From Gammaproteobacteria bacterium (GTDB lineage Bacteria > Pseudomonadota > Gammaproteobacteria > 21-64-14), in NCBI GenBank assembly GCA_027013145.1, contig JALUXX010000016.1, forward strand, positions 254,183 through 318,182: a stretch of DNA of 64,000 nucleotides, given 5' to 3'. Of the stretch, positions 55,101 through 62,165 are shown piece after piece. Numbering within the stretch: the stretch's first letter is position 1; each line of letters opens with the position of its first letter. The translations under genes and the position numbers were made by a program. Below the pieces are notes generated by a model. The model worked only from the letters and a program-made list of their open reading frames with translations. It made no database searches and was not told where the DNA came from.

Positions 55101-55626
55101 GCGTTTTCTGCTCAGCCTCGTCGATCTCGCACAGGGTCTGGGCGTGGACTTCGTCGCCGAGGGCGTGGAATCGCTCGAGGTCCTCGACGCCGCGCGCGTC
55201 ATCGGTGTGCCCTTCGCCCAGGGTTACGCGATCTCGCGGCCGCTGGACGGCGAGGCGTTGCTGGCGTTCGCGCGGGCCGGGCCCCTCCGCCGTCCCGCGC
55301 CGTCGACCGGGTTCGTCACCGCCTACGCCGCGCACCTGGTGTGGTCGCGAGGTATCCGCGCCCTGCTCGTGCGCGCCCCGCATCACATCAACGCGATGCT
55401 CGCGGGCGAGCGGGCCGACCCCACGATCGCGCAGGCGTTGCGCCGGCTCCCGGCCGCCGCGGCCCTCGCGGCCCGCCACTACCACCTGGTGGAGGAGATC
55501 GCCGCCGGTACCGTGCCGGTGGCGGCGGGGCTCGAGCAGTTCGATCGCATCGAGCGCGAACTGCTGGCCGGGCTGGAGGCGGCGATCCTGGCCGACGTGG
55601 AAGACCGCTCCAGCGGTTGCGGCTGA
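52129..55626 (+). CDS. Multidomain signalling protein: GAF-like x2, LOV, PAS, GGDEF (SGDEF), EAL, plus a C-terminal extension of about 120 aa with no recognised family
   Basis: 1165 aa. LOV motif GRNCRFLQGP at aa 421-430. Second PAS NPAFTRISGY...WQGEIWNRRKDG. Has the RASD I-site followed five residues later by SGDEF (nt 54241-54255). EAL motif at nt 54634-54642, with the NFEP, ELLE, DDLG, KVD, EGVE and QGY catalytic positions present. Confidence 0.85.
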   Translation: MTADDRPTRLPDDSGGSGGPEAGAARVLWRLRPLLSGIDSEPELLQGVLDRLTAEPGVDGAWVGRPDRAGRFRVRAWTGEGMRDYLDRAEIRSDAGRLADGPSGRSWRRGETIVVPDWERDPHMDPWRALGFGWRASATFPLSGSREPLGLISLYSRTRGRFAGWEPLLSWIGWAVGARLERMETDGAQDAYARLLDALVSIQERHLHELDEAALAARVVDVLYDTGLFPIVWFGRRRVDGTPDLLAARGLDRKTIEEFMKVLVRAREARVPLLVDRVLREGRAIWTDDYAAEPLLDQPEAAEWAEHVRRSDLRQVAVAPVSVGEKVAGALTVAARGELDVPRLLPLLERGGQILGVALERARREARLVASLGQVELQARAIAAAGQGILISDARAPDHPVLYANPAFTRITGYPAAEVIGRNCRFLQGPDTDVQARLMMRAALAAGRPVTVTLLNYRKDGTPFWNEVSLAPVRAEDGTLTHYIGLQSDVSARLREQEYQRLTGRVFENAQEGIIITDAQRRILQVNPAFTRISGYSAEDVIGRTPSLLRSGRHGAGFYRRMWRALEEEGHWQGEIWNRRKDGRIYPELLSVSAVRDAGGRLTHYVGIFTDITEAKAREDELHRAAYHDFLTGLPNRYALDQQLEAALPRALRHERLLAIGLLDLDGFKAVNDTHGHPAGDELLRVLAGRLREALRASDFIARLSGDEFVLMMEDLTHWGDLEPLLERIHKAVATPFVLGEMEVRIGACLGLTIFPLDEAKPRELLRHIDLALYESKRGRSADEPYYRLYRPDQADGEGPAAVAARARLRALMQRSLEVEYQPIVSLAGGPVGRVEALARMREAGRVLSPEDFLPYFSPDDRRRLSLMVLDRALAQLCEWDRCGLRLSVSVNFEPWDLLAPEIVEEVGRRIEAYGVEPGRVTLELLESSDLLIDEVARRRLGELRARGVRLALDDLGSAYASLERLRSLPVDLVKVDRDFCIGLERRPRDLRFLLSLVDLAQGLGVDFVAEGVESLEVLDAARVIGVPFAQGYAISRPLDGEALLAFARAGPLRRPAPSTGFVTAYAAHLVWSRGIRALLVRAPHHINAMLAGERADPTIAQALRRLPAAAALAARHYHLVEEIAAGTVPVAAGLEQFDRIERELLAGLEAAILADVEDRSSGCG
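53260..53598 (+). other. LOV (light-oxygen-voltage) flavin-binding PAS domain within the signalling protein
   Basis: aa 378-490: GILISDARAPDHPVLYANPAFTRITGY...GRNCRFLQGPDTD...LLNYRKDGTPFWNEVSLAPV...HYIGLQSDVS. The adduct-forming Cys codon TGC is at 53398-53400. Confidence 0.8.
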
Positions 55627-55731
55627 GGATGCGCGGTCGGGCGCCTGCGTGCGGTTGATCCAGCGCAAGCGGCGGGGTTGCGCTTGGGGCTAAGCTGCCG
55701 CTCCTGTCCCGCGCAACGTCCCGGAGGCCCC

Positions 55732-56634
55732 GTGAACCTCGCAACGCCCGCCGCCGCTCGCGCCGACTCGCCCTTCGATCTCGGCCGCGAAGAGCCCTTC
55801 GCGCGCTGGAGCGAGGCGAAGCTCGAGGCCTATCCGGCCGGGCTTGGGGAGCTGGTCGTCGAGGTCGGTGACCCCCGCCGGCTCACCGCCGCCGAATACG
55901 CCGCGATCGCCGCGCGGCTGCGGCGCGCGAACATGGCGCTCTACGTCGGGCCCGCGGACCCCGATCGTGCGATCCCGATCGAACTCGCGCGCCGCTTCGG
56001 CGCCGTGCGCCTGGACCGCAACTGGCTTTCCGATCCGGACGGGCTCACCAGTCTCACCGTCGCCGCCGGCGGGGCGCGCAGCGGCTACATCCCCTATACC
56101 GACCGCGCCATCCAGTGGCATACCGACGGCTACTACAATGCCGCCGACCGCCAGATTCGGGCCCTGCTGCTGCACTGCGTCGCGCCGGCCGCGAGCGGCG
56201 GCGAGAACCGCCTGCTCGACCACGAGATCGCCTACCTGCTGCTGCGCCGCGAGGATCCCGACTACATCCGCGTGCTGTCCGCGCCCGATGCGCTGACCAT
56301 CCCGCCGGGGACGGAGGCGGGCGGGAGGGCGCGCCCGGCCCGCACCGGACCGGTCTTTCGCGTGGACCCGGCCACCGGCACGTTGCACATGCGCTACACC
56401 GCACGCCGCCACAACGCCGTGTGGAAGGACGACCCCGCGACGCAGGCCGCCGCGCGGCGCCTGCGCGAGATCCTCGACGACCCCGCGACGGGCGTCCTTC
56501 GCGGTCGCCTGGAGCCCGGTATGGGGCTGATCAGCAACAACGTCCTGCACGACCGCGCCGCCTTCGCAGACGGCCCCGAGGGCGTCCGTCTCCTGTACCG
56601 CGCCCGCTTCTACGACCGCCTGCAGACCCCCTGA
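55732..56634 (+). CDS. TauD/TfdA-family Fe(II)/2-oxoglutarate dioxygenase-like protein
   Basis: GTG 55732 follows CCGGAGG. The W-HTDG-YY motif (the H-x-D of the facial triad) and a distal H (NNVLHDR) are present. Substrate unknown. Confidence 0.7.
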   Translation: MNLATPAAARADSPFDLGREEPFARWSEAKLEAYPAGLGELVVEVGDPRRLTAAEYAAIAARLRRANMALYVGPADPDRAIPIELARRFGAVRLDRNWLSDPDGLTSLTVAAGGARSGYIPYTDRAIQWHTDGYYNAADRQIRALLLHCVAPAASGGENRLLDHEIAYLLLRREDPDYIRVLSAPDALTIPPGTEAGGRARPARTGPVFRVDPATGTLHMRYTARRHNAVWKDDPATQAAARRLREILDDPATGVLRGRLEPGMGLISNNVLHDRAAFADGPEGVRLLYRARFYDRLQTP

Positions 56635-56831
56635 CGCCCCCGCAATCCCAACCCCCTCAACCCCTTGCCCATCCGGGTCGGTGACAAACGCGTCTCATTC
56701 GCATTCTCCCAGCGGTCGAACGACCCCGGAAACCGGACGCCCGCGGCGCGCCGACGCCGGCCTGCCGCGTGCCAAATGGGGTCCACCGAACCTTGTGGTC
56801 CCCGGGTCGCTGGTGTTTCATGGGCGTGACC

Positions 56832-56857
56832 AGGATCCGGGGCCGGTCCCGGATCCT
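56832..56857. promoter_or_regulatory. Perfect 10-bp inverted repeat with a 6-nt spacer, just upstream of the PNPOx-family gene
   Basis: aggatccggg-gccggt-cccggatcct, ending 20 nt before the ATG at 56877. Confidence 0.3.
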
Positions 56858-56876
56858 CCGGAATGGGCCAGAGGAT

Positions 56877-57419
56877 ATGGGTGCACGTTTTTCCGCGCTC
56901 GAACCGAAGCATCGCGCCTTCATCGAGGCGCAACCGGTGTTCTTCGTCGCCACCGCGGCGCGCGAGGGGCGCATCAATCTCTCGCCCAAGGGGCTCGACA
57001 CCCTGCGGGTGCTCGATCCGCAGCGCATCGCCTGGCTCAACCTCACCGGCAGCGGCAACGAGACCGCTGCGCACCTGCAGCAGGACGGGCGCATGACACT
57101 GATGTTCTGCGCCTTCAGCGGCCCGCCGCTGATTCTGCGGGCCTACGGCCAGGCGCGGCTCGTGCGCCGCTCGGACTCCCAATGGCGCGACTGGGTCGGC
57201 CGCTTCCCGCCGCTGCCGGGCGCGCGGCAGATCGTCCTGCTCGACATCGATCTGGTGCAGACGTCGTGCGGTTTCGGCGTCCCGCTGATGGACTACCGCG
57301 GCCCGCGCCCGACACTGGCGGAATGGGCCGACCGCAAAGGCGAGGAGGGCATCCGCCGCTATTGGCGCGAGAAAAACGCCGTCAGCCTCGACGGCTTCCC
57401 CATCGACCCCGAAGAGTAA
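56877..57419 (+). CDS. Pyridoxamine 5'-phosphate oxidase-family (FMN-binding split barrel) protein
   Basis: 180 aa. Has FIEAQPVFFVATA...GRINLSPKG and LNLTGSGNET..HL. ATG at 56877 inside a longer track ORF. Confidence 0.8.
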   Translation: MGARFSALEPKHRAFIEAQPVFFVATAAREGRINLSPKGLDTLRVLDPQRIAWLNLTGSGNETAAHLQQDGRMTLMFCAFSGPPLILRAYGQARLVRRSDSQWRDWVGRFPPLPGARQIVLLDIDLVQTSCGFGVPLMDYRGPRPTLAEWADRKGEEGIRRYWREKNAVSLDGFPIDPEE

Positions 57420-57843
57420 AATTCGGGGACAGTACACCCATTTCCCGACCGTTGCGCGCGTCGTGCGACCGGATCTTTCGCGGGCGCGGAGAGGCGATGC
57501 TGATTGTTCGCGAACCCGAAAACTCCATGGAAGCCTGCCGGGCCGCCCGCATTCTCGTTCTTGCCAAGGTGTTCAAACCATCATTCGAGCGTCGCTGGCC
57601 CAAAAGTGCTTTGCCCAGCCGTTCGAAGGTTCGAGTATCGGTTCGACGGTGATCATGTAATCGCCTACAGGATGCGAAACAGGGATCCGCAGGGTTCAAG
57701 GCCGGTCGCTGCGCTGCGTAGGGTGGCGCGGGCACTCGGAGCGATCGCGCCATCCCGTTCTTTATTGAACGAACGGCCACGCATGGTCGCTCCCAAGGAG
57801 TCGCCGGGATGAGGGGATGAAATGGGTATACTGTCCCCGAATT
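57420..57843. mobile_element. MITE-like non-coding element bounded by 25-bp terminal inverted repeats
   Basis: The left arm, aattcggggacagtacacccatttc (57420-57444), matches the reverse complement of the right arm (57819-57843) at 24 of 25 positions. The interior is visibly less GC-rich than its surroundings and has no convincing ORF. The outer AATT could be a 4-bp target duplication. The right end abuts the CCA end of ssrA. Confidence 0.4.
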
Positions 57844-58205
57844 GGTGGAGGCGGCGGGAATCGAACCCGCGTCCGTGAGTTCTCCGCCTTCGGCTCTACA
57901 TGCTTAGCCCGGTCTTTGGATTTAACCGCCAGCCACCCGACGGGCAGGGCCTGCTGACGGCGATCCCGGTAAGGGTTTGACGGATCCGCCCCGGGAGAGC
58001 GTCACCGCGATCCTGTGAGAGATGACGCCGGAGACCTGGACGCACAGGCACGGCTCCAGTCCGACGGCACCCTACCGGGTTTTAAGCGGCGAGTGCGTAG
58101 TTGTCGTCGTTGGCAACTATCGTTTGCAGATGGATTTACGAGGAAATCTGCATCCTCGGCATGCACCTCGGGTTTCGCAACCCACGTCGAAGCCAAGTCG
58201 CCCCC
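57843..58205 (-). ncRNA. ssrA: tmRNA (transfer-messenger RNA)
   Basis: 5' GGGGGCGACTTGGCTTCGACG... and 3' ...GGACGCGGGTTCGATTCCCGCCGCCTCCACCA. The acceptor stem carries the G3:U70 alanine identity pair. 363 nt. It lies 48 nt downstream of smpB on the same strand. Confidence 0.95.
58082..58114 (-). other. tmRNA tag reading frame: ANDDNYALAA-stop
   Basis: GCC AAC GAC GAC AAC TAC GCA CTC GCC GCT TAA, read on the minus strand. Confidence 0.9.
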
Positions 58206-58253
58206 GCTTCGTCGTGCGGATCCATTCTACCACAGGTCCCGGGGACCGCGGCC

Positions 58254-58748
58254 TCAGCCGTGGCGCAGGATGCGCTGCTTCTCCCGCTGCCAGTCGCGCT
58301 CCTTCTCGGCGGCGCGCTTGTCGTGGGCCTTCTTGCCCTTGGCGAGCGCGATCTCGATCTTGGCGCGCCCGCGCTTCCAGTAGAGGGCGAGCGGGACGAG
58401 GGTGTAGCCCTTGCGCTCGACCGCGCCGATGAGTTTGTTGAGTTCGGCGCGGTGGAGCAGCAGCTTGCGGGTGCGGGTGGGGTCGGGGTCGACGTGGGTG
58501 GAGGCGCTCGGCAGCGGGGAGATGTGTGCCCCGAACAGCCACGCCTCGGCGCCCTTGACCAGCACGTAGCTCTCGCGCAGGTGCGCGCGTCCGGCCCGCA
58601 GGCTCTTGACCTCCCAGCCCTGCAACGCCAGCCCGGCCTCGAAGCGCTCTTCGAGGGCGTAGTCGTGGCGCGCCTTCTTGTTGAGGGCGATGGTGGCGGG
58701 TGTGGCGCCCTTCCTGGCCTTCGCCGAGGGTTTTTTGGCCGCGTTCAT
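58254..58748 (-). CDS. smpB: SsrA-binding protein
   Basis: 164 aa. Has [10 protein letters not shown].....EAG..L.G.EVKSLR and a basic C-terminal tail. Confidence 0.95.
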   Translation of the reverse strand: MNAAKKPSAKARKGATPATIALNKKARHDYALEERFEAGLALQGWEVKSLRAGRAHLRESYVLVKGAEAWLFGAHISPLPSASTHVDPDPTRTRKLLLHRAELNKLIGAVERKGYTLVPLALYWKRGRAKIEIALAKGKKAHDKRAAEKERDWQREKQRILRHG

Positions 58749-58864
58749 GGCGCGAGTATACCCGAGCCGGCGCCGGCGGTGACGCCGCGGGCCGCGCTAT
58801 CCGGTTGAGGCGGCCGGGAAATTCGCCCAGAATGCCGCGGGGGAGGGCGGACGGAGGGACGGCG

Positions 58865-60256
58865 ATGGGGGCGCGACGGGTATCGGTGCACGGCGAGTGG
58901 TCCTCGCGCCTGGCCTTCGTGCTGGCGGCGACCGGATCGGCGGTGGGCCTGGGCAACATCTGGAAGTTCCCGTACATGGCCGGCGAGAACGGCGGCGGCG
59001 CCTTCGTGCTGGTGTACCTGCTGTGCGTGGCATGCGTGGGCGTCCCGGTGATGATGGCCGAGGTCCTGCTCGGGCGGCGCGGGCGGCGCAATCCGCTCGA
59101 GACCATGGCGACGCTGGCGCGCGAGGAGGGCCGCTCGGCGCACTGGCGCTGGCTGGGCGGGATGGGGATCGTGGCCGCCTTCCTGATCCTCTCCTTCTAC
59201 AGCGTCATCGCCGGCTGGACCCTGGCCTACGTGTTCCGCACGGCGGGCGGGGTGTTCGACGGCGCCACCGCGACGACCGTGAACCGGGTGTTCGCCGCCC
59301 TGGTCGCCGACCCCGAGCGGCTGCTCGCCTGGCATACGATTTTCATGGGGATGACGATGATCGTCGTGGCCCGCGGGGTGCGCGGCGGGCTCGAGCGCGC
59401 GGTGCGGTTCCTGATGCCTGCGCTGTTCGTCCTGCTGATCGTGCTCGTGGGTTACGCGCTTAACAGCGGGCGCTTCGACGAGGGTCTGCGCTTCCTCTTC
59501 GCCCCGGACTTCGGGCGGCTCACGGCCGCGGTAGTGCTCGCCGCGGTGGGCCAGGCCTTCTTCAGCCTGAGTCTGGGTATGGGGGCGATCATGATCTACG
59601 GCTCCTACCTGCCGCACGGGGCCTCGATCGCGCGCACTTCGATGACGGTGGCGGCGGCCGACACGGCGGTGGCGCTGCTGGCGGGGCTTGCGATCTTTCC
59701 GATCCTGTTCGCGGAGGGGCTGCACCCCGATCAGGGCCCGAGCCTGATCTTCAAGGCCCTGCCGCTGGCCTTCGGGCACATGCCGGGCGGGGCCTTCTTC
59801 GGCACCCTGTTCTTCGTGTTGCTGGTGTTCGCGGCGTGGACCTCCGCGATCTCACTGCTCGAGCCGCCGGTGACCTGGCTGGTGGAGAACCGCGGGATGA
59901 GCCGCGTGCGTGCGACGGTCTGGGCGGGCGTGGTCACATGGCTGCTCGGGCTGTGCACGGTCTTCTCGTTCAATCTCTGGTCCGGCTGGCGCCCGCTCGC
60001 CGCGGTGCCCGGATTCGCCGCCAAGGGCGTTTTCGATATCATTGACTTTTTCGGCTCCGATGTCCTCCTGCCGCTCGGCGGCCTGCTGATCAGCGTGTTC
60101 GCCGGCTGGGTCATGGCGCGCGCCTCCAGTGCGGAGGAGCTGGGCCTGGGCGAATCGCCCGGTTACCGTGTCTGGCGGTTCCTGGTGCGCTACGTCACGC
60201 CCGCGGGTATCGGAGCGGTGTTCCTGTTTCGTCTCAAGGACGCGCTGGCCTCGTAG
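58865..60256 (+). CDS. Sodium-dependent transporter, SNF (neurotransmitter:sodium symporter) family
   Basis: ATG 58865. Has W.SRLAFVLAATGSAVGLGNIWKFPYMAGENGGGAFV, the NSS signature. About 12 TM. Confidence 0.85.
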   Translation: MGARRVSVHGEWSSRLAFVLAATGSAVGLGNIWKFPYMAGENGGGAFVLVYLLCVACVGVPVMMAEVLLGRRGRRNPLETMATLAREEGRSAHWRWLGGMGIVAAFLILSFYSVIAGWTLAYVFRTAGGVFDGATATTVNRVFAALVADPERLLAWHTIFMGMTMIVVARGVRGGLERAVRFLMPALFVLLIVLVGYALNSGRFDEGLRFLFAPDFGRLTAAVVLAAVGQAFFSLSLGMGAIMIYGSYLPHGASIARTSMTVAAADTAVALLAGLAIFPILFAEGLHPDQGPSLIFKALPLAFGHMPGGAFFGTLFFVLLVFAAWTSAISLLEPPVTWLVENRGMSRVRATVWAGVVTWLLGLCTVFSFNLWSGWRPLAAVPGFAAKGVFDIIDFFGSDVLLPLGGLLISVFAGWVMARASSAEELGLGESPGYRVWRFLVRYVTPAGIGAVFLFRLKDALAS

Positions 60257-60276
60257 ACTCATGGGGTGGAGGTGAG

Positions 60277-60714
60277 GTGACCAGTATCAGCCGCAGTGCA
60301 GTGGTACCGTATTCGCCCGCGGAAATGTTCGCCCTGGTGAACGACTTCGAGGCCTATCCCGACTTCCTCCCCTGGTGCCGCTCGGCCAAGGTGATCGAGC
60401 GGCGCAACGACGAGGTGCGCGCGACCCTGGAGCTGGCCTGGCACGGGATCCAGAAGTCGTTCACCACCTGCAACCGCATGCAGAAGGACAAGCTCATCCA
60501 TATCCGTCTCGTCGAGGGGCCGTTCCGCTGCCTGGAGGGCTACTGGCGCTTTCAGGGGCTCGGCGAGCAGGCCTGCAAGGTCTCGCTCGACATGCAGTTC
60601 GAGTTCGCCACGCGCCTGCTCAGCATGGCCATCGGGCCCGTCTTCAGCCAGATCTCCAACAGCCTGGTCGATGCGTTCATCCGCCGCGCCGCGCAGGTAT
60701 ATGGAAAGCGCTGA
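60277..60714 (+). CDS. ratA: SRPBCC-fold protein of the RatA / YfjG / Coq10 family
   Basis: 145 aa with a GTG start. Has V.YS...MF.LV.D...YP.FLPWC. Paired with rnfH as in enterobacteria. Confidence 0.85.
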   Translation: MTSISRSAVVPYSPAEMFALVNDFEAYPDFLPWCRSAKVIERRNDEVRATLELAWHGIQKSFTTCNRMQKDKLIHIRLVEGPFRCLEGYWRFQGLGEQACKVSLDMQFEFATRLLSMAIGPVFSQISNSLVDAFIRRAAQVYGKR

Positions 60715-61030
60715 CGCCTTCGAGGTCGAGGTCGTCTATGCGCGCCCCGATGCGCACGCGGTGTGCATGGTGCGGCTGGCACCCGGAGCGTGCGTGCGCG
60801 AGGCGATCGAGCGCTCGGGGATCCTTGTGCGCTTCCCGGAGATCGATCTGAGGCGCCAGCGCGTGGGGGTGTTCGGGCGGCTGTGCGATCTCGACGCGAC
60901 ACTGACCGCCGGCGACCGCGTGGAGATCTACCGCCCGGTCCGCGTCGACCCGAAAGAGGCCCGGCGCCGGCGGGCACGCCGGCACGGGCGCTCGGCCGGC
61001 CCGTCCGGAGGCGACCCCCGGGGCGGGTGA
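60701..61030 (+). CDS. rnfH: RnfH-family ubiquitin-like small protein
   Basis: ATG 60701 overlaps ratA by 14 nt. Has EVVYA.P........V........V.EAI..SGI...FPEIDL....VG.FG......D..L..GDRVEIYRP. Ends in a basic tail. Confidence 0.8.
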   Translation: MESADAFEVEVVYARPDAHAVCMVRLAPGACVREAIERSGILVRFPEIDLRRQRVGVFGRLCDLDATLTAGDRVEIYRPVRVDPKEARRRRARRHGRSAGPSGGDPRGG

Positions 61031-61044
61031 ACGGCGACCCGCGC

Positions 61045-61491
61045 TCAGACCTTCCGCCGGATCCAGGCCCAGAGCTTCTCGAGGATGCCGTGGGGTTCCA
61101 CCGGTTGCGGCGGGACGACGACGAGCTGCTCGCGCGGCTGTTCCGGCGTCGCGCCGGGCTCGGGGCGGAGCGTGCCGGTGGTGCGTGCCAGCAGCCCGTC
61201 CTTGAAGAAGACGCTCAGGCGACTCTCGCTGGCCGCGCCGTCGGGCCGTTGGTCCCGATAGACGTAGTCCCAGCGGTCGGGGCGGAAGGGGTCCACGAGC
61301 AGCGGTGTGCCCAGGATGAAGCGCACCTGGGCCTCGCTCATGCCCGGTCTGAGCCGGTCCACCATCGACTGGGTGACGATGTTGCCCTGCGGGATGTCGA
61401 TCCGGTGGATCCAGGGGAAGCGGGTCAGCAGGGAGCAGCCGCTCAGGGCCAGGGTTGCGCCGCACAGGATAGAAATGAGAAGCTTTCGCAT
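61045..61491 (-). CDS. bamE: Outer membrane protein assembly factor BamE (SmpA/OmlA lipoprotein)
   Basis: Lipobox LALSGC after MRKLLISILCGAT. Has DIPQGN.VT...V..L..GMS..QV...LGTP. An alternative upstream ATG lies at 61512. Confidence 0.8.
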   Translation of the reverse strand: MRKLLISILCGATLALSGCSLLTRFPWIHRIDIPQGNIVTQSMVDRLRPGMSEAQVRFILGTPLLVDPFRPDRWDYVYRDQRPDGAASESRLSVFFKDGLLARTTGTLRPEPGATPEQPREQLVVVPPQPVEPHGILEKLWAWIRRKV

Positions 61492-61606
61492 CTGAACCCG
61501 CGTCTGGTTCACATCGGGGCGCCCGCCGCGCCGTCCGGCGCCCGATCATAGCGGAAATCACTCCGCATGACACGACAGGCCTGCAGTTGCGGGCGGGACC
61601 GACACC

Positions 61607-62026
61607 ATGGAAAGCCAGGACATCAAGAAGGCCGGCCTGAAGGTGACGCTGCCGCGCGTGAAGATCCTCGAGATTCTCGAGCGCGCGGAGAACCGCCACG
61701 TCACGGCGGAAGACGTCTACAAGGTGCTGCTCGACGACGGCGAGGAGATCGGACTCGCCACGGTGTACCGGGTCCTGACGCAGTTCGAGACCGCGGGACT
61801 GGTGACCCGGCACCGCTTCGAGGGCGGCCACTCGGTGTTCGAACTCAACCAGGGCGGGCACCACGATCACATCCTCTGCGTCCGCTGCGGGCGGGTGGAC
61901 GAGTTCGTCGATCCCGCCATCGAGGAGCGCCAGCAGGCGATCGCCGAGCGCGCCGGTTACGAGATCACGGACCACTGCCTGTATATTTACGGTATCTGCG
62001 GCAAGTGCCGCGACCAGCGGGGCTGA
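61607..62026 (+). CDS. fur: Ferric uptake regulator
   Basis: 139 aa. Has LKKAGLKVTLPR.KILE.L, HHDH and C..CG...EF; the C-terminal Cys pair reads C..C. Confidence 0.9.
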   Translation: MESQDIKKAGLKVTLPRVKILEILERAENRHVTAEDVYKVLLDDGEEIGLATVYRVLTQFETAGLVTRHRFEGGHSVFELNQGGHHDHILCVRCGRVDEFVDPAIEERQQAIAERAGYEITDHCLYIYGICGKCRDQRG

Positions 62027-62165
62027 GCGCGGGTCCGCTCCCGGAACCCGCGCCGCGGACCGGGGTCGAACGACACGCCGGTCGCGGTTTCGTCGATCCC
62101 GCGGCGGCCGCTCGACGGGCCCGGCGTCCGGTACAGGCTCCCATACCGACAATGATGCGGCGGCG

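Noticed and set aside
56635-58205. Genomic island or prophage integrated at ssrA
   Set aside because: No integrase, phage or other cargo gene lies next to the tmRNA 3' end. I saw no direct repeat of the ssrA 3' terminus elsewhere in the window. The flanking genes have native-like GC and codon bias. Only the 424-bp inverted-repeat element is anomalous.
60277-61030. ratA-rnfH as a toxin-antitoxin or defence module
   Set aside because: This pair is a conserved housekeeping neighbour of smpB/bamE. RatA is an SRPBCC/Coq10-like protein. Nothing else defence-like surrounds it: no nuclease, helicase or NTPase of unknown function.
61492-61606. Fur box in the bamE-fur divergent region
   Set aside because: Only a weak resemblance (gatcatagcggaaatcac) to GATAATGATAATCATTATC. 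This is too poor to call by eye.
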